From the NCBI GenBank assembly GCA_965287045.1, contig OZ336882.1:6820001-6884000 (forward strand): 64,000 bases of DNA, read 5' to 3'. Below, one piece after another: positions 1 through 10,839 of the stretch. How positions within the stretch are numbered: the first letter of the stretch is position 1; each line of letters opens with the position of its first letter. The position numbers were made by a program, and so were the translations under genes. This DNA is from Carcharhinus amblyrhynchos (taxonomy: Eukaryota). A model generated the notes under the pieces. That model was not told the DNA's origin and ran no database searches. It worked only from the letters and a program-made list of their open reading frames with translations.

Positions 1-1815
1 CAAAAACTGATAGGAAAGCCGTGCATTCTGTCCGGAATCTGAGTCTGTAGCAATTACTTTGGTAATCATGTATCCTGGAGCTGCTGACTTGGGAACAACT
101 TCCATCGCCGTTGAACTATTATCTGCTCGAGGTGAAACGATAGCGGGAATATTGTCATTTTGGTCCAAGACAATAATGTTGACTATGGCAGCGCTGCTTA
201 GTCGGGGAGATCCATTATCTTGAGCTTGGATTTTAATCTCAAAATTCTTCCGCACTTCATAATCGAAGGAGCGCAGCGCGTAAATGCGCCCAGTTTCCGC
301 GTTAACCGTCACGTCGCCAGACACGGAACGTTCTTGTGCGCTTTCCTCCAAAAGAAAATACGACACCTTGCTATTCTTGTTCAAATCAGGGTCTAAAGCA
401 GTTACAGCAAATACCAATGCACCCGGAGTGTTGTTTTCCATCAGGAAGGCATTATATGATGGTTGTGTAAACCGGGGAGCGTTATCATTTATATCAGAAA
501 TTGAAATGAGGATGGTTCTATTTGTTGAAAGACGGGGTGATCCTGCATCCCAAGCTGAAATGCAGATGTTATATAACGGAGTCGTTTCGCGATCCAGTTT
601 ATCGCTGATTACCAAACTGTATTTATTATTCAAAGACTTTTGAAGTTTAAACGGGATATTCGGGGGCGCCTGACAATTTACCTGTCCATTTTCACCAGAA
701 TCTCGATCCATTACACTTATTATAGCGACTACTGTCCCGACAGCAGTATCTTCCCATATTTCACTGGATACTGAGGTAATTTTTAACTCCGGCGCGTTAT
801 CATTAATATCAATTAATCCAACAAGAATCTCGGCGCGCCCGACTAATGCGGGTGTTCCAGTGTCCACAGCTTGTACCTCAAGTTCATAAACATGTTTCTC
901 TTCATAGTCCAGTGGTGCTCGAACTCTGATCTGTCCTGTTACCGTGTCCAAAGTGAACAAGTCCTGAACACTTTGAGAAACGTGGCTGGTTAGAAAGTAT
1001 TTTACCTCACCGTTTTTTCCTTCATCTAAATCAGTAGCATTTATTGTAATCACCAAACTACCTTTAGGTGCGTTCTCCATTACGTCAACCCTGTATATCT
1101 GATGATCAAATACGGGTGCGTTATCATTGCCGTCCAGAACAGTAATGATTATTTCTGCAGTGCCAGATCTGTGAGGGATTCCACCGTCGATGGCCATCAA
1201 TGTCAGACCAAAGGTCGACTGTTTCTCACGATCTAACGGGCTTTCTAACACTATTTCGACAACTATACTGCCATCACTTCTCCTGTGAGTCTTTAGGCCA
1301 AAGTGATTGTTTGTACTGATTTGATAAGCACTCACAGTGTTTGTACCGACGTCGGGATCGTGCGCACTCTCGAGAGGAAAGACAGCTCCTGCTGCAGTGA
1401 GCTCGGAGATTTGTAAAGGATATGTGGTTTTGGCAAAACTGGGAGAGTTATCATTTATGTCCAAAATCTCCACATCAATGCGATGCATTTCCAAAGGATT
1501 TTCTACCGTGATATCCTGAGAAACGGAACAGCTCGAGGTTCGGCCACAGATAATTTCCCTGTCGATTCTCTCGTTCACAACCAAAATGCCATTCCCCATG
1601 TTCACCTTCAATAACTGTACGCCGTCATCAGATACCAGCCTAAAATTGCGGTCCGCCATATCTCGAATGTTTAGGCCTAAATCCTCGGCGATATTCCCAA
1701 CAAATGCGCCGCGTTCCATTTCTTCAGGGATTGAGTACCGAATTTTCCCGTAAACTGCGTCCCAGACACAAACTAAGAATATAAAATATAACCAGCGGCT
1801 GAATGCGTTCGCCAT
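1..1815 (-). CDS. pcdh: Clustered protocadherin variable exon 1 (partial; runs off the window start in EC6)
   Basis: Not in the ORF track because no stop falls in the window. Manual translation from the ATG at 1815 gives MANAFSRWLYFIFLVCVWDAVYGKIRYSIPEEMERGAFVGNIAEDLGL...ERIDREIICGRTSSC...DINDNSP...FPLESAHDPDVGTN...DQNDNIP...DSGQNARLSYQFL. This shows a signal peptide, cadherin DRE/DxNDN/AxDxD motifs and the EC1 C-x5-C motif. A CSE lies upstream. Confidence 0.95.
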   Translation of the reverse strand, partial: MANAFSRWLYFIFLVCVWDAVYGKIRYSIPEEMERGAFVGNIAEDLGLNIRDMADRNFRLVSDDGVQLLKVNMGNGILVVNERIDREIICGRTSSCSVSQDITVENPLEMHRIDVEILDINDNSPSFAKTTYPLQISELTAAGAVFPLESAHDPDVGTNTVSAYQISTNNHFGLKTHRRSDGSIVVEIVLESPLDREKQSTFGLTLMAIDGGIPHRSGTAEIIITVLDGNDNAPVFDHQIYRVDVMENAPKGSLVITINATDLDEGKNGEVKYFLTSHVSQSVQDLFTLDTVTGQIRVRAPLDYEEKHVYELEVQAVDTGTPALVGRAEILVGLIDINDNAPELKITSVSSEIWEDTAVGTVVAIISVMDRDSGENGQVNCQAPPNIPFKLQKSLNNKYSLVISDKLDRETTPLYNICISAWDAGSPRLSTNRTILISISDINDNAPRFTQPSYNAFLMENNTPGALVFAVTALDPDLNKNSKVSYFLLEESAQERSVSGDVTVNAETGRIYALRSFDYEVRKNFEIKIQAQDNGSPRLSSAAIVNIIVLDQNDNIPAIVSPRADNSSTAMEVVPKSAAPGYMITKVIATDSDSGQNARLSYQFL

Positions 1816-2044
1816 TATTCCCGATTGGATCATGTTGTAAATACTACAATCTCTCTTTTCGTCTTATCGGCGCCCTGCAATATAAAATACGTCTTGTGGT
1901 GAAGGGAAGTGCCGATATTAAACTGAGAAGCGTAAGATCTCGGAGCGTCTGACCCCCTGATCGTCAGTCGACGATATAAATGCGCTAACAGTTTGTCCTT
2001 TCCTTTGCTTCTGTCTGCGCTTTGTATTAATGGAGGGGGAGGTA

Positions 2045-2130
2045 GATCTCTCCCAGCGTTTGCTTTTCTTATTGGTAGACAGCGACACAAAGAGTCCTCG
2101 CCCATAACTGCACCAAGCATCTCTTAAAGC
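2045..2130 (-). promoter_or_regulatory. Protocadherin promoter module with CSE/CGCT box (putative CTCF site) for gene 1
   Basis: CTTATTGGTAGACAGCGACAC at 2068-2088 (sense GTGTCGCTGTCTACCAATAAG) is identical in all five promoters. It is flanked by GATC (2045) and CTTAAAGC (2123) and lies 253 bp upstream of the ATG. Confidence 0.9.
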
Positions 2131-3499
2131 TGAACAGACTTCATCGACTGACACTCGCACTGAACGAATATTTAACGGTGCGCACTATAAATTCGTCCTT
2201 CTGCTGGAAAACATTCCCATGTGTTGTTTAGCAGACTTTATTTTCCCACTTATGTTTTTTTTGACAAGTGTGCTTATTTGCAGTTTGCACTTCGCAATTA
2301 ACAATATCGTAATTTAAAGAATAAATTACCTTTCCTCAAAGGAAATGTATAAAGTTGCATTTACTGCGTAATTCATACCATATCAACGTTTTCATTAATG
2401 CGCTTTGAAAACGTAATCAAATTTGATTCTATGTACAAAATTCAACGAAGTAAGAATTTATGAAAATATGTTCAAGGCTGCTATTGACTTTTAATGTATC
2501 CCTGGTTACCAGGTTTAGTGATTCCAGTGTTCCGCTTCTTTTCGTCGACAACAAAGTCATTTTGTTGGTCGAGTTGTGAACTATTTGGATTGTTACTCAA
2601 TATTTATGTTCACAAAATAAGGAGCAAATTCGCAAGAATTTGGCGCAACATCAATCGAAAGGAATTGCTGGATTCAGTTTAATTCCCAACGGCAGAATTG
2701 ACGATGACCAGGCCAATGTGCCGTTGAAACTTCAGGGCATTTTTACTGGGCAAACCTACTAATGGGGCACATCTTTCCAAAGGGCTACGAAAAAAAACCC
2801 TGCAAGCTCATACGCGAGATAACTGCAGCTCATTTCCCTTAAAACATATCCGATAATTAAGGCAAAAGAAATGCGTGACTAACAGCAGAAACATATTGGC
2901 TACCCTGACCTTTCTCTAATTCATTTCTAACTCTCACGAGGAGGCCATTAAACCCCTATGGCTCCAAATCTTTAAATTTAATTGATTGCGTTACACGTGC
3001 ACTTCTGAGATTGACATTGTTAAACTCTACAAGAAACGTCTAGGGAAAATTTTCCAGTAAATCTTTTAAGGTCTTGGTGCTCTTGGTCTTGGAGGTCAAG
3101 GAAGCAAAAAAGAAATGACATTGCTAACCTTGAGACTGATTGCTGCGAGCTAGAACGCTTGGAGATCTTGGACAGGCTTGGAAGGCCTAAGAGGTTGCTC
3201 CTGTTTGTTTTTCTTTGTACTTTGTTCTTTGCCATGACTGATCTAGGTGCATGATATTAGCTGACTGAACTCGATGTGGAAAATATTTTACAGACTCCTC
3301 ACCATCAGCCCACTCTATCATTAGTTCTATTCTAGAACACAAACAGAAAATATTCCTCGCTCTTGCCTGAACTATGAAGATTATAAGGCTCTTCTGAGAC
3401 GTTTCGTTTCCGATTCTCCAGTGATGTAAAACAGCCTCAAAATTAAAAGTTAATTGTTTTCAACTGGTTAAGCCTCCGGTTCTGAGCATTGTTCGCGCA

Positions 3500-3666
3500 A
3501 TCGTTGAATATCTATGGCTAAGGAGGCAGATATTGATCCATCAGGGAATAAAGGATATGGGGTCTTTGTAAGCAATTGGAACTGAAGCTCCATATCAGCC
3601 TTGGCTGATGGTGGAACAGGCTGGATCAGCCGGTCTGTTCCTGCTCCGATTGCATGTGTTATGTAT
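3500..3666 (+). mobile_element. Decayed CR1 LINE 3' end
   Basis: AAGGATATGGGG...TCAGCC...ATGGTGGAACAGGCT...TCCTGCTCC...ATGTGTTATGT resembles the 3' UTR/tail of the better-preserved CR1 copies in this window. Confidence 0.6.
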
Positions 3667-3862
3667 TTTAAGAATCTCGGCCCTTCATCTGCCTCTTTAA
3701 GACCCTCAATGAAATTTATTAATGGTAACGACGTTTCGACGCTTTTCTTGATGTATGATATACTTTTATTGGAGTTTTACATTTCTCCTGACTTGATTAT
3801 GATTGCCAGAAACAGGTAAGAGCATTTATCTGCTGTAAGTGTGCTTTATGAATAACCAATCA

Positions 3863-4105
3863 ACATAGAATCATAGAATGGATTCAGCACAGAAGGAGGC
3901 TTGTTGGTCCCTCTTGCCTCCGATGGTTGTCTTCAAGAACAATTCCCTCAATCCCAACGCCCTTGTATTTCTGCATATCTTCGCAATTCGTTTTTCTGTC
4001 TTAGTTAGTTATTTCATTCCATTTTGAAAGACAACATTATACATTCCCACACTAGAAAACAAGTGAATTTCAATCCTAAGCACTACATGTTTTGCCAGGG
4101 AATTT
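3863..4105 (-). mobile_element. Decayed CR1 LINE 3' end
   Basis: CATAGAATCATAGAAT tail followed by CAGCACAGAAGGAGGC, the reverse complement of the CR1/HE1-type terminus. Confidence 0.6.
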
Positions 4106-6235
4106 CTTAATGGCCAGTCCTTAACGCAACTTAAGTTGATGAAGAGCTTGAATCTTGGCCAAGAAGAGGGAGAGCAAAGCGGCAAACAATGCGACACAAA
4201 ACAGAGACAAAAAGAAGCAAAATAATGGCATCGCTTACCTTAAGGCTGATTGTTCTGAGCCGGAAAATTTTGAAATAGTTTATTACAAGCTGCGAAAAAA
4301 TTTGCAGGCCGATTGATAGATCCTCAAGGATTCTGAGACAAAGGTATCCCAAGAAAAACTAATATGACAACTTATATCTACGATTGTTGCTCTCAAGGAA
4401 ATAAATAAACTCTAAATACAGTTTCCAAGTGTTTGGGCGAAGCCCTTGTCATCATTGAACAGCATTAGGCCGAGATATTTTGTAGGTCTCCACATGCTTT
4501 GTTGATACTTGACAAAATTATGCTGTATACTCTGGTTGTGAGTATAAATCTAGTAGATTATTTGCTCGTGATAACTTGCATTTATTATTTCGGTGTATTT
4601 GGTCCTTTATTGTTTATATAGGTGGACTTTTTCATTTTGATTATTTTCAAGTTGTAACGTGACCATTGGCATCATGTAATTCAGGATCGATCGAAATATT
4701 ATTAAATAGTCATAAAAATACATATTCACCCTTTTTGCTTCAGGACCCTAACTTGCCCAGAATCATTCGATACGTAATTCTGCGTACTTAGATAGGTTAA
4801 CCCAGCGGAGTTGGATCTTCCATCACATATCAAATATATGTTACTTGGAGATTTGTTGGAGATGATGATGTATTCCAATTTATTTTAGTACCAGGTCTAT
4901 AGCTAGTATAGCTAATATGCTCATATAATGATCTAAAATTACTCCTGGTAGACGAATAGTGCTAACAATAAGTTCGTCGGAATGCATTTAAGCAGCCGAG
5001 TGTGGAATTATCGTAGAACTATCATAGACCTTTTCAGCAATGGGAACAGAATCTTCTTATCTACATGCTACTTTGGCTGATCCTACAATGATTTTACCCA
5101 CAAACGTATGTGATCTCCTGTCAATCATCTCTCATCTAAGGTTCTCCTATCTACGAAAAAAACTGGAGTGCATCTTCTTTCTGCACTTTCGTTAGGCCAC
5201 CAAATTCTACCTAACGCTTGCTATGTGGCATTGGACAAAATATTCCAGTTAAGGTCGAAATTATGTTTTTATATAGGTTCACCATAACCTTTTTGCTATC
5301 GGCTTATTAAGGAAAGCTCGGATTTCACATGCCTTATGAGACAATTAGTGTCTTGTTCTTTCTTAGCTTGATGTCTTTTGTCTCTCCAAGTCCTTCCTGG
5401 ATCTATTTCCTTTTTTTTCGCGTTTCGTACTGATTTCCACCCTCTTGCAAAATTGATTTGAATCCTCCTCAACAACACGAACAAATCGCCTATTTTTGAT
5501 TCCCGTCCTGTTGCGGGGTAATTTGTTCACTTTCTACAAGGTCGTCCCGCCCCACCACCCCCTGCACTGTCAGGAAAATGTATAGTGCTTTCTCCTGAAA
5601 CTTCTCTCCAACCTCGTTTCGGTCCATTGGGCCCTACTGTTTCTACACTCATTACTCACTGGGGCTCGAATGCACACTCAGATAGGGAACACACTTGGAA
5701 AATGACAGCGAAATGATTTCAACCTGATACTTTCTGCTGTTGAACTTGTAGTGGAAGCGAGCAGAAAGTGAGGAAGCTGGTATTTTAAGCAGGGTTTTAA
5801 CATTTACAGGAGATCCACGGCGTTTCAGTGACTCAGCAACAATAATTGGCCGGAGTTCAGTTGCAAGTCGGTGGAGGTTCAACTGCAAATCATTGTAAGC
5901 AGCAGCTATTCTATCGAAGATGGCGGTGAGGCAATATTGCACTAGGTGCAGACGCTGGACTTCAGGCCAAATGATTGAAAACGTGGGAGGGAGATTACTA
6001 GAATTGCACATTTGCCGTTTACCTCATGAGAGCAGAAATAAGGGGTGCAGAAGATTTCAGCCCGGTGAGTAGCAAAGCATTCAGATATTGACTGCTCCAG
6101 TGAGGACGGGAATGCGAGAAAGAAAGAATTGCACTCCCACGAGGCAGAGCTCTGACACCCAGAAACCCAGATGAATCACGAGAGGGCAAAGGACATGCTT
6201 CCTGAGTCCAGCACTGGCCATTGGGACGCCATCGG

Positions 6236-6236
<1 letters not shown>

Positions 6237-6265
<29 letters not shown>
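6237..6265. repeat. (TG)n microsatellite
   Basis: Uninterrupted TG run seen directly. Confidence 0.95.
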
Positions 6266-6268
<3 letters not shown>

Positions 6269-6559
6269 AAACTTCAATGGCTGCCTACATTAGGTAACTA
6301 ATTGTGTGTCGTTTTCCACATTATCCTCGCTGTCATCGATGGGCTGCCCTGCTAAAAGGACTCACGGCTCCATAGTCTCCTCCCCATGCAACGGCTTTAA
6401 CAGATACAGCACTTTTAATCCTCCTCAACAAAGAGTAAGTGCTCAAATATCTCAGCAGATCTGACAGCATTTGTGAAAAGAGAGCACGGTTAACGTTTCA
6501 AGTGTGGATGTCTCTGCATTTCACCTCTGCTTTTGACCTCTCTTTTCCTGAAAGAGAGG

Positions 6560-6960
6560 AATTGCTTCACTGGGGGATTCAACGATTCCAATTCCATTGA
6601 ATGTCAAGGGCGATGGTCAGAATACCGCTTGCAGGAGATTGTCGTAGCCTGGCACTCGCATGGAGGAAATGCTACTTGCATCTTGTCAGCCAGATGGTGG
6701 ATACTATCGGCGCCTCTCTGAACGTGGGGATGGACTGCTTCAGTATTGGAGCAATCGTGAATTGTGCTGAACATTACACAACCACCAGAGAACATTCCAT
6801 TTTTGACCTGGTGATGAAAGGAAAGGTATTGATGAAGAAACTGAAATGGCTCCGCCTGCGGCACTCTTAACACGAAGAATTCCCACAGGTCCGTCATGGA
6901 ACTGAGATGACTGACTTCCAAACACCACAACTATCTTCCCGTTTGCTGAGCACGACGCCA
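6560..6960 (-). mobile_element. CR1/L2-superfamily LINE RT fragment (decayed)
   Basis: The minus-strand ORF contains GMFSGGCVMFSTIHDCSNTEAVH...LADKMQVAFPPCECQATTIS, a degenerate form of the FADDC...WADKWQV.F.P.KCQAM.IS region. Same family as 36960-37320 and 57690-59370. Confidence 0.65.
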
Positions 6961-6989
6961 ATCAGCGGATCCCACACAGGCTCTACCCT

Positions 6990-7170
6990 CTTAACCCCAT
7001 TTATTTACCCTACTAGTCCCCCGAATACTAAGGAGAAATTTAGCTTGGACAATCATGGTCACTGGGAGAATGTGCAAACTGCACACAGACAGTGACACGA
7101 GGTCGGAATTGAACTCGACCTCTTATGCTGTGAGGCTGCAATGCTAACCACTATGCCACCATGCTGACCC
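6990..7170 (-). mobile_element. HE1-like V-SINE (tRNA-derived), internally deleted
   Basis: The reverse complement has the tRNA-like head GGTGGCATAGTGGTTAGCATTGCAGCCTCACAGC and the V-domain TCTGTGTGCAGTTTGCACATTCTCCC. Confidence 0.8.
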
Positions 7171-8090
7171 TTTGTAGTTTATTGTAGATTCGGACAGACC
7201 AAGAGACATAGCAAGTTGTGATACAACCAGAAAGAACGTTTTCTATAGTGCATCTGTCCAAGTTCTTGAGCGTTGTGCTGGACATGCCAAATTTCCTTAG
7301 TCTCCTGAGAAAGTAGAGACATTCGTGGGCTTTCTTAAATATAGCGTCCACGTTGAGCGACCTTGAAAGATTATTGGTGATCTGGACACCTAAAAACTTG
7401 ATACTCTCGACCATTTCTACTTCATCCCCATTGATGTCGAAAGGGGTATGCCCGCTACCATGCTCCTGTCTCGTTCACTTTGTTGGCATTAAGGGAGAGA
7501 TTATTGTCATCGCACCAGTTGAGCCGATTCTCTATCTTTCCTGCACGGTGTCTCGTCATCGCTTGAGATCCGACCCACAATAGCGTGTCATCACCAAACT
7601 TGAGAATCCATTTGGAAGGGAATTTGGCCACACAGCCATAGGTGTATAAGGAATATAGTAAGGGGCTGAGGGCACAGAATCGTGGAGTACCGGTGTTTAC
7701 AATGATCGTGGAGGAGGAGGTGTTGCCTATCATACTCACTGCTGTCTGCGGGTTAGCATGTCTAAGATCCAGATGCAGAAGGAAGATCCGTGCCTAGCCA
7801 CGAAGTTTTGAGATGAGATTCATAGGAATAATGGTGTTAAAGGCTGAGCTGTAGTCTATGAATAGGAATCTAACACAGGTGTCTTTGCTATCCATGTGTT
7901 CCAAGGTTGAGTGTTGGGCCATGGAGATGGTTTGTTGCTGTGGACCTCTTGTCGCAAGAGGCGAACTGTAGTGGATCTAGGCAATCGGGTAGGTAGGAAT
8001 TGATTTGTGCCATGACTAACCTTCAAAGCACTTCATAATGATGGATGTCAGAGCCATCGGACGATAGTCATTAAGACGCACTACCTGCTT
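7171..8090 (-). mobile_element. Rex1/Babar-clade LINE RT fragment (frameshifted)
   Basis: Peptides NTGTPRFCALSPLLYSLYTYGC, KFGDDT and KFLGVQITNNLS...KKAHECLYFLRRLRKFGM...RCTIENVLSGCIT are typical of Rex-Babar RT. Confidence 0.85.
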
Positions 8091-8349
8091 GTGCTTGTAA
8101 AAGTGGAACGGAAGCGTTGATAAAAAATATCATCAGGAAAATCTGGTGTAGCGTTTAGAATGCAAACCGGTAAAAGGAAAGCACCGTAATGAGAAAATAA
8201 TTAAAAATGCGATTTTAGGACTGGAGTTTGCAAGCTTTCACGTGATAGTCATCTGCAGGGTCTCTGAGGAGACAATTGTAGTTTAAAATGTTCCTTGTAA
8301 TCCGTGTAACTCCTGAAACGCGTGTGTAATAATAAATCTAAGGGAAGAG

Positions 8350-8652
8350 CGAAGTTTATAAGTTTATGTTCAAAGTTTGTCCGGTAGTATCTCAAATAGG
8401 CTTGCATTAGCACTGCAATGCAGCGACTGCGGTTCCACATTTGGATAGAGTGAGGGACTATTTAGCAAGGCCCATACCCATAACCAGCATGTCTTTCGCA
8501 CTTATAGGAGGAAACTAGAGCACCGGGATGAAACATGGGCAGACACGGGGAGAACGTGCAGATTCCACACACAGTGACCCAAGTCAGGAATTAAACCTCT
8601 GTCCTGGCGTTGTGAAGCAGCAGTGCTAACCACTGTGCCACCGTGCCACCCG
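8350..8652 (-). mobile_element. V-SINE with non-CR1 3' tail
   Basis: Head GGGTGGCACGGTGGCACAGTGGTTAGCACTGCTGC and a V-domain. The tail CATTGCAGTGCTAATGCAAGCCTA...AAACTT is shared with the copy at 60060. Confidence 0.8.
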
Positions 8653-8819
8653 TATACTGTATCATTATTCATTTATTCGCCTTTAATAAATGTTGTCTCC
8701 TTGTTAGTAATACGAATTAGTAGTCACGTATCTCAGTTCCTCTACGTTTTATAAGCATAAATAAATACATGTGATGGGCTTTTGAGCTAGGATACCATTC
8801 TGCAATCTTCCTATTAGGC

Positions 8820-9595
8820 TGTACCATCAACTGGGAACGTGACAGGATTAATTGGGCTAGTTTGATTTAAACTATCCTGGCAGGGAGTGGGAACGTATGT
8901 GGGGGAACACAAGAGACGCTAGCAAAGATAGAAACGAAACATAGAAAAGAAAGTAGCAAAACTGGAAGAGACAACACGGACTTGCAGAAAACCCGGCCAT
9001 AGTACAAAATAGATGTGTAAAAGGACTAAAAAGTCGTCAACATGCACTGTACGTGACAGCGAAAATATATGTAAAAGAGTATGGTATGATCGTGGTTATG
9101 AAGAAGTGGCTGCCGGGTGACCAAGGCTAGGAAATAAATATCCAAGTATATGCACTGATTCGAAAAGACAGGAAAATGAAAAGGATATGGATTTGCGTTG
9201 TTAGCAATGGATGAAATCAGTGCAATACTAAGGAAAGATATTGGCTCAGAAAACTGAGATGTAAATCAGTCTCCGTGGATTTAAGGAAAAAACAATTTGC
9301 GGAGTCGGAGTCCTCAATAATCCGACGAACAGCAGTGGTAAGTTTGGGGATGGAATTAAATAGAACATTAGAATTTCGGGTAACAAGGTGAAGGAAAGCA
9401 CAATTATGAGACAAAAATTTCAATTGTGTTCTTAGGACTGAAGTTTGGAAACTCCCCCTAGATTACGGGTGATTTTAATTTACAAATAGACTGCACAAAC
9501 CAAGTTACCAATCATCCTGTGAAAGATAAACTCCTGTTGTATTTACGAGATTTGTTTTGGACAAGTACGTCGATGAACAAACGAGAAAACAGATT
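8820..9595 (+). mobile_element. Decayed CR1 LINE (ORF1 end and endonuclease region)
   Basis: TTTAAACTATCCTGGCAGGGAGTGGGAAC, TGGCTGCCGGGTGACCAAGGCT and GGGTGATTTTAATTTACAAATAGACTG (GDFN) parallel the CR1 at 33100-33750. Confidence 0.7.
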
Positions 9596-9603
9596 ATAAT
9601 AAT

Positions 9604-9910
9604 ATCAGAAAATGTTGGAAAATCTCAGCAGTTCTGAAAGCATTTATGGAGAGAGAATAGAGCCAATGTTTCGAGTCTGGTTAACTCTTTGTCAAAGGTA
9701 AAGTCAAGGCAAATAAAACGTGATTTATATTCAGGGTGAGGGGACGCAATTGACTAAGATGCCATAAAATGGCAAAGGGAATGCAATTTGTGGTCATAAA
9801 TGCTGAGAATGGTGCAAATAGGATCCATTAAGAGACCCGAAAGTGTATATGGCAGAACAAAGGTGCAGAGTGTGAATGGGTGACCTAAGGAGAACAGGTT
9901 ATCTTGGGTT
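9604..9910 (-). mobile_element. Penelope-like element terminal (pseudo-LTR) fragment
   Basis: TGTTGGAAAATCTCAGCAGTTCTGAAAGCATTTATGGAGAGAGAATAGAGCCAATGTTTCGAGTC. Related copies occur at ~6430-6520, 57300-57520 and next to the GIY-YIG fragment at 58130. Confidence 0.55.
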
Positions 9911-10049
9911 TAGTGTTTGTACAATGAAAAACTTTTAATTGATGATTTTTGAGAGGGGCATTCACGGAAAATAAGTTTGCACAATCAAAAACTTTTCCGT
10001 GGATTGCAACCATGTCACGGAGAGTGCTGAGCATTCAACTGAGCGTTCC

Positions 10050-10378
10050 GGGGCGGCACGTTGGCACAGTGGTTAGCACTACTGCCACACTGCGCCAGCG
10101 AGCTGCGTTCAGTACGGCATTGGATCATTGTCGATGTAGAGTTTGCACAATCTCCCCGTGTCTGCGTGGTTTTGCTCTGGGTGTTTCTGGTGCCGCCCAC
10201 AGTCCAAAGATGTGCCGGTTAGGTTAATTGGCCGTGCTAAATGGACTTTAGTGTCAGGGAGATTATCACGTAAATATGTAGGTTTACAGGAGTGGGGCCT
10301 GGATGGGATTGTGGTCAGTGCAAACTCGCTGAGCCGAATATCTTCCATCTGCGCTGTCGGGATTCTATCATTCTATGA
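10050..10378 (+). mobile_element. HE1-like V-SINE, near full length
   Basis: GGGCGGCACGTTGGCACAGTGGTTAGCACT head, V-domain GAGTTTGCACAATCTCCCCGTGTCTGCGTGG, and CR1-type tail GGATTCTATCATTCTATG. Confidence 0.9.
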
Positions 10379-10839
10379 ATCACTGATCCCGAGGGCGACG
10401 TCGTCAGGAATTTTTCTGCCTGGCACGGTCAGCTCTGAGAGAAAGGTCGATGGGGAGGAACTAAAGTGCATTCGAAAACAAGTCCTCAATGGCATAACAA
10501 TCAGAAGATACACTTGTGATATGAATAACTGCACTCATGATGAGAATAGCTTCAATGGAGGATGACGTCTGCAGCAGTCAGCAGCTTCCCAATCGTCGAC
10601 GTTCCTTTGCCATTGGAACTGGACCTAACTTGCTCAAGCACCGTGTGCTTACTGATGTGCATCGGAATTTCCACATGAAAATAAATGATGCACGAGATGT
10701 CTACCACCACCCCCCTCCCCCACACAGCTCTCACCCTCTCCCCTCCCACACCTCCGCCTCCCACTTCACTTCTCCGCCTTCTCTCCTCCACACACAAATA
10801 GATCATGCAATGATCGCGAGAGTTGACGGGACAGGACCG

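Noticed and set aside
10050-10125. tRNA-like sequences (also near 7100-7170, 8580-8652, 12400, 57000-57065 and 60060)
   Set aside because: SINE heads followed by a V-domain and LINE-type tail, not tRNA genes.
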